NCBI GenBank assembly: GCA_963778795.1
Contig: CAVZVU010000001.1
Location: forward strand, 1,777,574-1,841,573
Reading direction: 5' to 3'
Length of the DNA: 64,000 bases
DNA from: an uncultured Pseudomonadota bacterium
Lineage (GTDB): Bacteria > Myxococcota_A > Polyangia > Fen-1088
Shown: piece after piece, positions 1-9,768 of the stretch
Layout: each line of letters begins with the position of its first letter
Position numbering within the stretch: position 1 is the first letter of the stretch
The notes under the pieces: model-generated
The model's input: the letters and a program-made list of their open reading frames with translations, nothing else
Database searches by the model: none
What the model was told of the DNA's origin: nothing
Made by a program: the position numbers and the translations under genes

Positions 1-943
1 GCACGTTGTCGGTGGGACCACCGCTCTCGTAGCTGCCGGCCGGTCCCGGGGAGATGGGATCGCGGAGCGCGGCGTTCGCATAAAGCGGCAACGGATACTC
101 CGCCTTTCCTGCCGCGGCGATCTCGCCGATGTAGCGGGCCACGGCCCAGGCATGGAAGTACTCGTCGGCGTCGTTGCCGAACACCTCTTTCCAGCCGGCG
201 GTCGGGGCGCGGGGCTTCTTGTTCATCGCGGCCAGCACGTCGGCCGGCACCGGGCTGTCGAAGGCCTTCTGCGCCGCCGGCCAGTAGTCACGGATGGCGC
301 CCCAGGTGCCCGCTTCGTTCTCGACCTGCACCATGATGACGGTGTGTTGCGGGTCGATCGTCTTCAGGTGGCGCATCAGCGCGACGAAGGCGCGCTTGTC
401 GGCTTCGAGCATCTCCCTCGAGAACGGCGACGCCGAGTCGACCGGCCGCCCGTTCGCGCCGATCATCCTTCCGGGCGCATCGATCTTCGGATCCTGCTTG
501 ATCCACAGCGGCACATAGTGAGGACTGCCATTCTTCCAGGTCGCGAACCAGAGCAGGACCAGGCGGACGTCGTTCTTGCGGCACTGGTTGACGAGAGCAT
601 CCACCACCGCGTAATCGAACACCCCGGGCCGCGGCTCGAGTTGTTCCCAGTAGACCGGCATTTCAACGGTGTTGGCGTGGAGGGCTTTGACGGCCGGCCA
701 GACCTGCGGCATCACGCCTGGCCACGCGCTGGAATTGTTGATCTGCGCCCCCAGGATCAGAAACGGCGCACCGTCGACCAGCAGGGCGTGGCGTCCCTCC
801 TTGTGCACCAACCGCGGCAGGGCAGGGGGGGCCGCCCCGGCGTTTGTGCCCGCGGGCAATCCAAGCAGACAACCAATCAGCAGCGGGAGAGCGCGTGTTC
901 GCGAGAGGGACCATCGACGATTTGTACTACGGGCGGCCGCCAA
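1..943 (-). CDS. clan GH-A glycoside hydrolase (beta-galactosidase-like, GH35/GH42-like TIM barrel), N-terminal part; continues beyond left edge
   Basis: Hand translation of minus strand gives a signal peptide (SLSRTRALPLLIGCLLGLPAGTNA) then ...LILGAQINNSSAWPGVMPQVWPAVKALHANTVEMPVYWEQLEP...LLWFATWKNG...VIMVQVENEAGTWG...YIGEIAAAGKAEYPLPLYANAALRDPISPGPAGSYESGGPTDNV. The VENE acid/base motif is typical of clan GH-A. The long + strand ORF 152..949 is its antisense shadow. The start is uncertain (candidate TTG ~943; an ATG at 914 is in another frame). Confidence 0.6.
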   Translation of the reverse strand, partial: MAAARSTNRRWSLSRTRALPLLIGCLLGLPAGTNAGAAPPALPRLVHKEGRHALLVDGAPFLILGAQINNSSAWPGVMPQVWPAVKALHANTVEMPVYWEQLEPRPGVFDYAVVDALVNQCRKNDVRLVLLWFATWKNGSPHYVPLWIKQDPKIDAPGRMIGANGRPVDSASPFSREMLEADKRAFVALMRHLKTIDPQHTVIMVQVENEAGTWGAIRDYWPAAQKAFDSPVPADVLAAMNKKPRAPTAGWKEVFGNDADEYFHAWAVARYIGEIAAAGKAEYPLPLYANAALRDPISPGPAGSYESGGPTDNV

Positions 944-2441
944 CGGTGATCTCCGTGATCGCGGGGCTGCCGTTGGCGGCGCGGATCTCGAAGCGCACGT
1001 AGCGCGCGGGCGTGGGGCCAAAGGTGGTGACCTTCATTCGGCCGTCGGCCGGCCAGGTTCCCGCGGTGGCCTCGCTGAAGTTGCTGCCGTCGGTGCTGGT
1101 GAGAACCCGGTACGAGGTCACGTTTCCGTCCTTGCTGCTTTTCTCGTAGTGGTAGCGCGGCACGACGCCGAGCCAGCCGACGTCGGGCAGGGGTTGCACC
1201 GGGCCGAGATCGAGGGTGATCGACTGCGGCAGCGCGCCGGTGGGCTGCCACATGCTGATGAACTCCGTGTCGTTCTTGCCGTCGATCGCGGCGTTCGCGT
1301 CTCCGCTGCTGGCGGTGGCCGACACCGGCGTGTAGGGGTGCTCGTTCTGCGGCGGCTGCGGCGGCAGGGGCGGACGCGCGCCGTTCGGGGTCCAGGCCGC
1401 GCCCACGCCCCGCAGCAGGGTGACGATCGCCGGGGCCATGATGCCGTCGCGGTTGGGCGGGCAGTTGAGCAGGAAGTTGGTCCACTTCGGTTCCAGGTCT
1501 TCGCAGGTGCTTGGTGACCACGTCGGCGACCGTCATCAGGCCGCCGACGTCGGGCGCCCAGAACCAGTCGTTGCCGCCGGTGGCATTCACCTTTTGCTCC
1601 TGCTGGGCCGGGTAGGTGTTGCCGGCCGGCGCCCAGCCCCCCCGCGGCTCTTCGAAGTTGACGATGTCCATGTCCCAGGGATCGGCCAGATGCGCGTGAT
1701 CGGTCAGCAGGCAGTTCGGTTGCAACGATTTCACCAGACCGCGGATCTCCTGGTACGCCATCGGCGTTGTGGCCCATCTGCCAGGACCAGCCGTCGACGA
1801 TCAGGATGGGAATCGGACCGTAGTTGGTGAGCAGCTCGGTGATCTGGGTCTTGACGTACGCGAGCTTGGCGGGCGTGAGGTGTCCGGCGCTGACGTCCGC
1901 CGTGGTGTCCCAGATCGAGTAGTAGAGACCGGGGAGAAGGCCGCGGCTGCGGAACGCGTCCACGTACTCGCGCACGACGTCGCCCTTGCCGTTGCGCCAG
2001 GGAATGTGACCCACGTTGAAATCGCCGGCCTTGCTGGGCCACAGGGCGAAGCCGTCGTGGTGGCGGGTGGTGAGCACGCCGTACTTCATCTTGGCCGCCA
2101 CCGCGGCGTCGGCCCACTGGCCGGGATTGAGGCCGGTCGGGTTGAACAGCTTGATGTCCAGGTTCGGCTTCGACCACGAGCCGGTATAGGTGAGGATCCC
2201 GAAGTGCATGAACATGCCGAAGCGCAGGTCGACGAACTCGCGCTGAAGCTGTTCCAGCGGCTTGGCGGGGCCAAGGCTCGCGTGGGCTGTCGCGACAGCC
2301 TCATTTCCGTTGCGCGCGGTGGGACTCCCGTTGTCGGTCGCTGACGGCTGCGCGCGATGGGCACAACTCAAAGGCGCCAGCATTGCGCCAATTGCGAACC
2401 ACGCGGAGCCAGAACGGGCACGGGCGGCAGAACGAATCATT
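927..2441 (-). CDS. alpha-L-fucosidase (GH29) with C-terminal F5/8 type C (discoidin) domain; two internal frameshifts (~1505, ~1770)
   Basis: Signal peptide MIRSAARARSGSAWFAIGAMLAPLSCAHRA, then the GH29 hallmark FGMFMHFGILTYTGSW...HHDGFALWPS...YGPIPILIVDGWSWQMG. The frame switches to AYQEIRGLVKSLQPNCLLTDHAHL...DPWDMDIVNFEEP, then a third frame CEDLEPKWTNFLLNCPPNRDGIMAPAIV. The C-terminal discoidin domain reads NAAIDGKNDTEFISMWQ...YVRFEIRAANGSPAITEI. Confidence 0.85.
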
Positions 2442-2604
2442 GGGGGCCTCTCTGGGATCGAGGAGACGAGGCGCGCAGTGTACTCCCCAACTGAAGTCGC
2501 GCGCGTGGAACGTGCAACGTGCAACGTGCAATGTGGAAGTTGGGCTGGCAATCCGAGCTTCGCTCGTGGACAATCGCGCCACTTTTCTGGAGGCATCGCC
2601 CCGA

Positions 2605-5503
2605 ATGACGAAGTCACTCATCCCGATCGTTTTGCTCATTGCCGGCGCCGCATCCGCGGCCCCGCGCGCTCCAGCCCATCCGGCTGGCCATCCGGCTGCT
2701 GCCGCGCCCGCTCCCGGGACCGTTCAGCGGCTGTCGGACGGCGTGCTGGTTCACGTCGGCGACGGCTTCCTGAAGCTGGAGGTCTGCGCCAGCGACGTCG
2801 TCCGCGTGGCCTACGCCAAGGACCAGGCCTTCTTCGCCCGCAAGAGCCTGGCGGCGCAGCCGAAGCGCTGCGACGGCGCGAAGTTCGATGTGACCCAGGA
2901 CGCCGGCACGGCGACGCTGGCGACGTCGAAGCTGCGCGCCCGCGTCGACCTCGGCCACGGGCCGGGTGGCGTTCCTCGATGCGACCGGCGCTCCCGTGCT
3001 GGAGGAGAAGGACGGCGGCCGGACCATCATGCCGGCGATCGTCCAGGGCGAGAACACCCAGCACGTGCGACAGGAGTGGCTGCCCCAGGCCGACGAGGCG
3101 CTCTACGGCCTCGGCGAGAACCATCTCGGCCTGCTCAACCTGAAGGGATACGACCTCGACCTCTGGCAGCACAACGGCACCATCGTCATTCCCTTCCTGG
3201 TGTCGAGCCGCGGCTGGGGCGTCCTGTGGGACAACACCTCGTTCACGCGCTTCGGCGATCTGCGCGAGCTGGAGCCGATCCCGGCCGAGCGCCTGATCGA
3301 CGCCAACGGCAAGCGCGGCGGTCTCACCGGGTCGTACTACCGCGGTGCGCGACTTCGAGCAGCTGGTCGGCGAGCGCGTCGACCGCGTCATCGACATCGC
3401 GCTGTCGAGCAAAGAGAAGAAACCCAACCAGCTGATCTTCGCCGGCTTGCCCGAGGGCAACGCCAGCGTGCGCTGGGCCGGCGAGGTCGAGCCGGAGGTC
3501 ACCGGCGACTACCAGTTCCAGACCTTCTCGAACAGCGGCATCAAGCTGTGGATCGACGATCGGCTGGTGATCAACCACTGGCGCCAGGGCTGGCTGCCCT
3601 GGAAGGACGTGGCCAAGGTGCGGCTCGAGGGCAAGCGCCGCCACAAGCTGCGGCTCGAGTGGAGCAAGGATCAGGACATGGAGACGGTGCAGCTGCTGTG
3701 GAAGCCGCCGGCACGACGACTCGACGTCGAGCCCCGACGACCTCGCTCTGGTCGGAGGTCGGCGACGGCATCGACTACTACTTCGTCTACGGTCCCGATC
3801 TGGACAAGGTCGTCGCGGGCTACCGGCGCGTCACCGGGCCGGCGCCGATGATCCCGCGCTGGGCGCTGGGGCTGTGGCAAAGCCGGCAGCGCTACGAGAC
3901 GTCGCAGCAGAGCCTCGACGTCGTCGACGGTTTCCGCTCCCGCGGCATCCCGTTCGACAACATCGTCCAGGACTGGTTCTACTGGAAGGAAGACAGCTGG
4001 GGCTCGCACGAGTTCGATCCGGTCCGCTTCCCCGATCCCGACAAGTGGGTCCGCTCGGTCCACGACAAGCACGCGCGGCTCATGATCTCGGTGTGGGGCA
4101 AGTTCTATCCCGGCACGAAGAACTTCGAGGCCATGCGCTCGCAGGGTTTCCTCTATCACGCGCAACTTGAGCGAGGGGCTGCGCGACTGGGTCGGCGACG
4201 GCGGCTATCCGTACACGTTCTACGACGCCTTCAATCCCGCGGCGGGCAAGCTGTTCTGGTCGCAGATGGAGCGGACGCTGTTTCGCAAGAAGGTCGACGC
4301 CTGGTGGCTGGACGCGCCGGAGCCCGATCTGCTGCCGACGCCCACGCTCGACGGGCAGCGCACCCACATGCACCCGACGGCGCTCGGCTCCGGGTCGCGC
4401 ATGCTCAACGCGTACTCGCTGGTGAACAGCAAGACGGTGTACGAGGGGCAGCGGTCGGTGGCGCCGGACCAGCGGGTCTTCATCCTGACCCGCTCGGCGT
4501 TCGCGGGTCAGCAGCACTACGGGGCGGCGGTCTGGTCGGGCGACATCACGTCGACCTGGACGGCGCTGCGCGCGCAGATCCCGGCCGGGCTCGGCATGTC
4601 GGTCTCGGGCGTCCCGTACTGGAGCATGGACATCGGCGGATTCTCCGTGCCGGCGCGCTTCGCCGCGGAGCACCCGACAGCCGGAAGATGCGGAGGAGTG
4701 GCGCGAGCTGAACGCGCGCTGGTTCCAGTTCGGCACCTTCGTTCCGCTGTTGCGCGTGCACGGCGAAGCGCCGAAGCGCGAGATGTGGGAGCTCGGCGGC
4801 GAATCGCACCCCGCCTACCAGGCCGAGCTGAAGTTCGACCGGATTCGCTATCGCCTGCTCCCGTACCTGTACTCGCTCGCGGGCGCCGTCACGCACGAGG
4901 GCGGAACGATGATGCGGCCGCTGGTCATGGACTTCCGCGGCGACGCCAAGGCGCGGGACGTCAGCGACCAGTACCTCTTCGGGCCGGCGTTCCTCGTCAG
5001 CCCGGTGACCACGTACAAGGCGCGCAGCCGCGCCGTGTACCTGCCGGTCGGCGCCCGGCTGGTACGACTTCTGGTCCGGCGCGGCCGTCGCCGCCGGAAA
5101 GACCATCGACGTGCCGGCGCCGTACGACTCCATGCCCCTGCACGTCAAGGCCGGCTCCATCGTTCCGACCGGCCCCGAGATCCAGTACACCGACGAGAAG
5201 CCGGCCGACCCGATCGTGCTGTGGGTTTACGCGGGGGCGGACGGCGCGTTCACGCTGTACGAGGACGACGGCCTCACCTACGGCTACGAGAAGGGCGCGT
5301 TCGCGCGCATCCCGATCCGCTGGAACGACGCGACCCGCACGCTCACCATCGGCAAGCGGGAGGGCACCTTCCCCGGCATGCAGAAGCAGCGGACGTTCGA
5401 GGTGGTGCTGGTCGCGAAAGGGAAGCCGGTCGGCTTCACGTTCGCGCCCAAGGCCGACAAGAGCGTGCGCTACGAGGGCGGCGCGGTCGACGTGAAGCTG
5501 TAG
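2605..5503 (+). CDS. GH31 alpha-xylosidase/alpha-glucosidase-like enzyme with PA14 insertion; secreted; at least six frameshifts
   Basis: Signal peptide MTKSLIPIVLLIAGAASAAP. The PA14 segment reads VTGDYQFQTFSNSGIKLWIDDRLVINHWRQGW. GH31 catalytic-domain motifs present: DNIVQDWFYWKEDSWGSHEFDP, KKVDAWWLDAPEP, AAVWSGDITSTWTAL, GVPYWSMDIGGF. The C-terminal beta-sandwich ends MPLHVKAGSIVPTG...FTLYEDDGLTYGYEKG. Coding signal hops between the ORFs 2383.., 2966.., 3345.., 4167.., 4750.. and 5111.. Confidence 0.85.
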
Positions 5504-5520
5504 ACCGGTAGACCGACGGC

Positions 5521-5712
5521 GCGCGGCGCGTCCCGCGCTGTTCAGTTAAGGCGATGGCGAAGACTCTGGCCCCCTCTCCCGTCCCCGGGAGAGGGTTGGG
5601 GTGAGGGGAGGCCTTGCGAGAGCTCACGCGCGCACGTTGCCTTTGCAAGGCTTGCCCTCACCCTAGCCCTCTCCCGAGTACGGGAGAGGGGACCGGATTT
5701 GGGCGCCGCGGC
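5521..5712. repeat. palindromic MITE/REP-like element (GTTCAGTTAAG + paired ~47-bp inverted arms with GGGAGAGGG...GGGTGAGGG)
   Basis: Left arm cccctctcccgtccccgggagagggttggggtgaggggaggccttgc. The reverse complement of the right arm is cccctctcccgtactcgggagagggctagggtgagggcaagccttgc. The arms are ~90% identical; each carries its own small hairpin and they flank a ~30-bp centre. The element lies between the convergent GH31 and SGNH gene ends. Confidence 0.75.
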
Positions 5713-5751
5713 CAACCTAAACTGAGGAACAGTATTGGCGCTAAGAGCGAC

Positions 5752-6877
5752 GGCGGCGTGCGGCAGCGAGAAGATCGCGATCGTGGCGAGCAACAGGAGG
5801 CTGCCGCCGCCGGATTCACCCCGGTGACCGGCGGTCAGGCCGCACGCGCAGCCCTTTCCGGGGGAGGAGGTGGTGCCGGCGTCGGCGCCGGTTGAACCGC
5901 CCGCGCCCGCGCCACCCGTGCCGGCGCTCGTGCCACCCGTGCCGGCGCTCGTGCCGCCCGCGCCTGCGCTGGTGCCGCCCGCGCCCGTGCCGCCCGCGCC
6001 GCGCCCGCCCACGCCCGCGCCGCCCGCGCCGCGTGCATCCGCGCCCCCTCCGTCGACGCCCGCGCCGCCGGTTCCCCGGGCGTCGGATGCGCCGCCGTCG
6101 GTGGTTCCGCCTGTGAGCGGCCGCAGCAGTCCGTCGTGCATCACCTGCGCGATCAGCGCGTAGCCGGTGTCGTTGGGATGAACGCCGTCGGTAAGAAAAA
6201 CTCGGGATGCAGCGCGGTCGGCGTGTCGACATCGATCACCGGCAACCCCTTGGCCGCGGCCACCTGCCGCAGCAGCGGCAGCATCTGATCGTGGATGATC
6301 GCGCCGCTGATGCCGAAGGCGTTGTCGAAGGCCCGCGCCGGCAGCGCCAGGTAGACCAGCGGGTGGGTCGGCAGCGAGGCGAAGTGATCGACCATGGCGG
6401 TGCAGTCGGTCACGAATTGCGCGGCTCGCGTGGCCGGGGGGGCGGGCATCCAGTTGTAGGACTTCGAATCGTTGGTGCCGAGCATGATGATCACGTCGAC
6501 GACCGCCGTGGCCCCCGCGCCCGACACGAAGGTGGTGGCGTCCGTGTACGCTTGCTGATTCTGATAGGGGTTGTCGGCCACCGACATCATCGTGGTGCCG
6601 GAGACGCCGAAGTTCCTGACCTGCACCGACGACCCGAACAGCCCCTGCAAGACCGCCGGATACGAAGCGGTGGCGGGCGACGAGAGTCCGTAGCCGAAGG
6701 TGATGCTGTCGCCGACGCAAGCGACATGGGTCGGCGTCCGCACCTGCGCCGCGGCGCGAGATCCCGACAGCACCGCCGTCAACGCGAGCAGCAGCGCCAG
6801 CGCCCGCGCGCAACCCGTGACGGCGGTTGCTGGTCCGGAGTCCGAAGCCGGTCAAAATATGCTGGGTCGTGGACATG
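5752..6877 (-). CDS. SGNH/GDSL hydrolase (carbohydrate esterase) with Gly/Thr/Ala-rich linker and MYXO-CTERM-like sorting tail; frameshifted (~6781, ~6190, ~5765)
   Basis: GDSL block VACVGDSITFGYG, then LGTNDS, and DGVHPN near the C-terminus. 21-bp tandem DNA repeats at 5900-6000 encode GGTSAGAGGTSAGTGG. The tail reads GKGCACGLTAGHRGESGGGSLLLLATIAIFS; a -1 shift after it reads AAARRRRS then stop (Cys – Gly-rich – TM – basic tail). The ORF-track 487-aa ORF 5542..7005 is a composite artefact that reads through the palindromic element. Confidence 0.7.
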
Positions 6878-6971
6878 CGTCTCCTTCGTTCACAAGTTGC
6901 CCCCCGGAACATACCGCCGGATGGGCGCTTCGAGAACGACGACGTACGCACAGTAGGAGGGAGGTTCCGAG

Positions 6972-7535
6972 ATGATCCGTGCCTCATCGCACAAATGTCG
7001 GCCACCGATGACGCTCGCCGTCGCCACCGTTTTCGCCGTCTCCTTGTCGGCGCTGGTCCTCGGTTGCAGGCCCCCGGAAGGGCCTACGATTCCCCTGTAC
7101 CCGAACGCCCAGACGACCCGCCTGCCGCGCGACCAGATCGCCGAGGTCGCGGGTCCCATCGAGAGGATTGACGGCAATCAGGTCGCGGGCTGGCGCGGCT
7201 ACTTCGACCTGCTGCCGGGGTGTCACGTCGTCGAGCTGGAACACCGGTTGTCCTTCTTTGTCGTCGGACGCCCCGCTCGCGGCAATGGGTCGTACCTACT
7301 ACAACTTGGACCGCTTCCGACCGTGACCTACGCCCTTCGTATGAAGGCGGGCGCTCGCTACGTCATTCGGCAGGAGCCTCACCTTGGCGGGTTCTGGACG
7401 ATTAACGGCATCTACCGCTCCGCGCGCGAGGAGCAGCCAAACGGACCGGCAATCGAGCTCGCTCCGACCGAGTCCGCAGACGAGATCAGAGCCTGCAAAG
7501 AGTGGGAGGCCACGACGCTTCGCGGGGGAGCATGA
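6972..7535 (+). CDS. lipoprotein of unknown function (paralog A)
   Basis: Signal + lipobox (AVSLSALVLGC). Conserved core shared with the downstream paralog: PLYPN(A/G)(Q/E)TTRLPR.Q.A.V.GPI..ID.N.VAG..G.FDLLPGCH.VELE.RL and YA.RMK.GA.Y.IR.E. Confidence 0.55.
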   Translation: MIRASSHKCRPPMTLAVATVFAVSLSALVLGCRPPEGPTIPLYPNAQTTRLPRDQIAEVAGPIERIDGNQVAGWRGYFDLLPGCHVVELEHRLSFFVVGRPARGNGSYLLQLGPLPTVTYALRMKAGARYVIRQEPHLGGFWTINGIYRSAREEQPNGPAIELAPTESADEIRACKEWEATTLRGGA

Positions 7536-7589
7536 GGTCAACGCGATCTCGAGATTCGCCCTCGAGAACGACGCAGCTTACTATCCGGC

Positions 7590-8129
7590 ATGCCTGACAA
7601 CCGAACGCAGAGGCGGTCCGCTCGGCTGTGCGAGCGTTGGGGATCGCGGACACTCATCGTCCCCACGATCTTCGCCACGATCTTCGCCACGCTCACCCTG
7701 GCCTGTCACCCCGCGGATATGCCGGGTGTCCCGCTCTACCCCAACGGCGAGACGACGCGGCTGCCGCGCTTTCAGCTCGCCCAGGTCTCTGGTCCCATCT
7801 CGAAGATCGACAGCAACGAAGTGGCGGGCCAGGGTGGGCTGTTCGATCTGTTGCCGGGGTGTCACATCGTCGAACTGGAGCGGCGTCTGGGGGGAGAAAA
7901 CTTTTCCCTCTCGAGTGGCTCCTATTGGAGCGGACAGTTTCCGGTCATCATCTACGCCATTCGCATGAAGCCGGGGGCTTACTACGACATTCGCCGAGAG
8001 CTTCAATCGGACGGGCTGCCAGGCCGAGGCCGGATCCGCCTCTCCGCGCGCGAACAGACGGCACGCGGCGCGGTGACCGACCTGTTTCCCGTGAAATCCG
8101 CGCAGGACATCAAGGCCTGCCAGGAGTGA
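7590..8129 (+). CDS. lipoprotein of unknown function (paralog B)
   Basis: Lipobox LTLAC, with a 12-bp tandem duplication in the signal peptide (TIFATIFAT). About 45% identical to paralog A over the mature region, with the same conserved motifs. Confidence 0.55.
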   Translation: MPDNRTQRRSARLCERWGSRTLIVPTIFATIFATLTLACHPADMPGVPLYPNGETTRLPRFQLAQVSGPISKIDSNEVAGQGGLFDLLPGCHIVELERRLGGENFSLSSGSYWSGQFPVIIYAIRMKPGAYYDIRRELQSDGLPGRGRIRLSAREQTARGAVTDLFPVKSAQDIKACQE

Positions 8130-8720
8130 GACACCTGCCCTCACCCTAACCCAACCCTAACCCCAATCCCGTTCAGTTAAGCGGGGCACCGAGAAGCAAA
8201 GGGCGCGGGTCCTGCCCTGCGTGGGTCCTCCCAAATGGGATCGGACCGCGGGAGCAGCCTGGCTTGACGTGGCAACTCCCGATCGTGGCTCATCGGAATC
8301 GGTCGCGCAGGGCACGACACGCCGCGGTCCGCTCCCATTTGCGGTCCCCCCACTCCGGTCACCCGCGCCCTTCGCTTCTCGGTGCTCTCAACGAGATCGC
8401 TTGCGACACACTGGAACGATCCCGCCCCGGACGAGCCGAGAGCGTGCTCATTGAGAGCGGGGACCGATGAGGGCGCGGGTGGCACGGGGTGGGGGGGGCC
8501 CCCGATGCGGTCAGATGGCGGCGTGTCGTGCTCTGCGCGACCGATTCCGATGAATGGCGATCGGGAGTTGCCACAACAAGCCAGGCTGCTCCCGCCATCT
8601 GACCGCAGCGGGGAGGACCCCACCCCGTGACAGGACCCGCGCCCTCGTCGGTCCTCGCCCCGCTTTGAACCCGCGGCCCAAGCCTAAGGTTGGCCTAGCC
8701 CCGGGCTAGTCAGGGTGAGG
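8130..8720. repeat. ~590-bp nested palindromic MITE-like element of the same family (CCCTCACCCTAACCC / GTTCAGTTAAG termini; internal ~125-bp inverted repeat pair)
   Basis: IR-L ~8196-8325 and the reverse complement of IR-R ~8495-8625 align at ~85% identity (ggcgcgggtcctg...caactcccgatcg...catcggaatcggtcgcgcag.gcacgacacgccgc). A nested hairpin is present (caaatgggatcggaccgc / gcggtccgctcccatttg). The termini repeat motifs from the 5521-5712 element (ccctcaccctaaccc; gggctagtcagggtgaggg). ORFs predicted inside (e.g. 8177..8623) are treated as non-coding. Confidence 0.7.
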
Positions 8721-8744
8721 GTCAGCAAACCCGCGCAAGACCCG

Positions 8745-9768
8745 CTACCTGCGATGGCGAAACCGATCCAGCGCGACGGCGACGACGATGATGGCGCCGG
8801 TGACGATCTCCTGGACCCAGTTGGGCCAGCCCATCTGCGAGCATCCCGACTGGAGGACCTGCATGATGAACGCGCCGATCAGGGCGCCCAGGACCGAGCC
8901 TTCGCCGCCGGCCAGGCTGCCGCCGCCGATGACGACGGCGGCGATGACGTCGAGCTCGAGCCCGATGGCGCCGGTCGGATCGCCGACCGTCAGTCGGGAG
9001 AACTGCATCAGCCCGGCGATGCCGGCGAAGACCGCCGCCCAGGATGTAGACCGCCAGCTTGACCCGCGCCACGGGGACGCCGCACAGGCGCGCCGTCTGC
9101 TCGTTCGAGCCGATGGCGAAGACGTGCCGCCCGAAGCGGGTGTAGAGCAGCAGCGCTCCCACGGCGAAGGCCAGCAGGAACAGCATCCAGACGCCGGGCG
9201 GAAACAGCATCCACTCCCGATCGGCGGGCAGCCGCGCCAGCAGCTCGTTGAGCCAGGACGTGGGCGCGTCGATCTTCTGGTCGTGCGCCAGCCCCTTGGC
9301 GACGCCGCGCACGACCAGCATGGTCCCCAGGGTGACGATGAACGGCACCACCTTGAGCCGCGTGACCAGCAGGCCGTTGAGCGCGCCGCAGCCCACGCCG
9401 GCCGCGATGCCCGCCAGCGCCGCGATCACCGGCGGCGCGCCGGCGCGCAGGACGGCGGCGATCACCACGGTGGCCAGCGCGATGATCGCCCCGACCGAAA
9501 GGTCGATGCCGCCCGAGACGATCACGATCGTCATGCCGAGCGCGGCCACCGCCACGATGGTGGTCTGCCTGAAGATCGTCTCGAGGTTCGCGGGATCCGC
9601 AAAGCTGAGCCCGCGCGTGCCGCCGAGGAGCACCGAGAACAAGATGAAGACCGCGACCAGCCCCGCCGCCGCGCCCAGGTTCTTGCGCAGCACCGGCGAG
9701 GCCCAGAGGCGCAGCAGCAATCGCTGCGCCGTGCTCGCCTCGACTTCGCCTCCGGCTTTCACGCTCAT
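8745..9768 (-). CDS. ABC transporter permease (CUT2/RbsC-XylH-like monosaccharide permease); frameshift ~9010
   Basis: [12 protein letters not shown]...[14 protein letters not shown]...[23 protein letters not shown]...[21 protein letters not shown]..., C-terminal segment in another frame ([28 protein letters not shown]). The ATG overlaps the ATPase stop (ATGA). Confidence 0.8.

Noticed and set aside
152-949. 265-aa + strand ORF (and 294..518, 669..1517)
   Set aside because: Arg/His/Asp-rich antisense composition; hand translation of the minus strand gives a coherent signal peptide and GH-A enzyme, so these are shadow ORFs.
5835-6232. Pro/Ala/Arg-rich ORFs (5870..6163 +, 5816..6232 -, 5892..6116 +)
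   Set aside because: Alternative-frame readings of the 21-bp tandem repeat that encodes the Gly/Thr/Ala linker of the esterase; low-complexity artefacts.
5542-7005. 487-aa minus-strand ORF called as one protein
   Set aside because: It is a composite: a wrong-frame N-terminal part, the true SGNH C-terminus and linker, then read-through across the palindromic element up to a chance stop. The real gene is ~5752..6877 with frame changes.
8177-8630. ORFs of 68–148 aa inside the nested palindrome
   Set aside because: Both strands give mirror-image 'proteins' because of the inverted repeat; no coding periodicity, so treated as non-coding.
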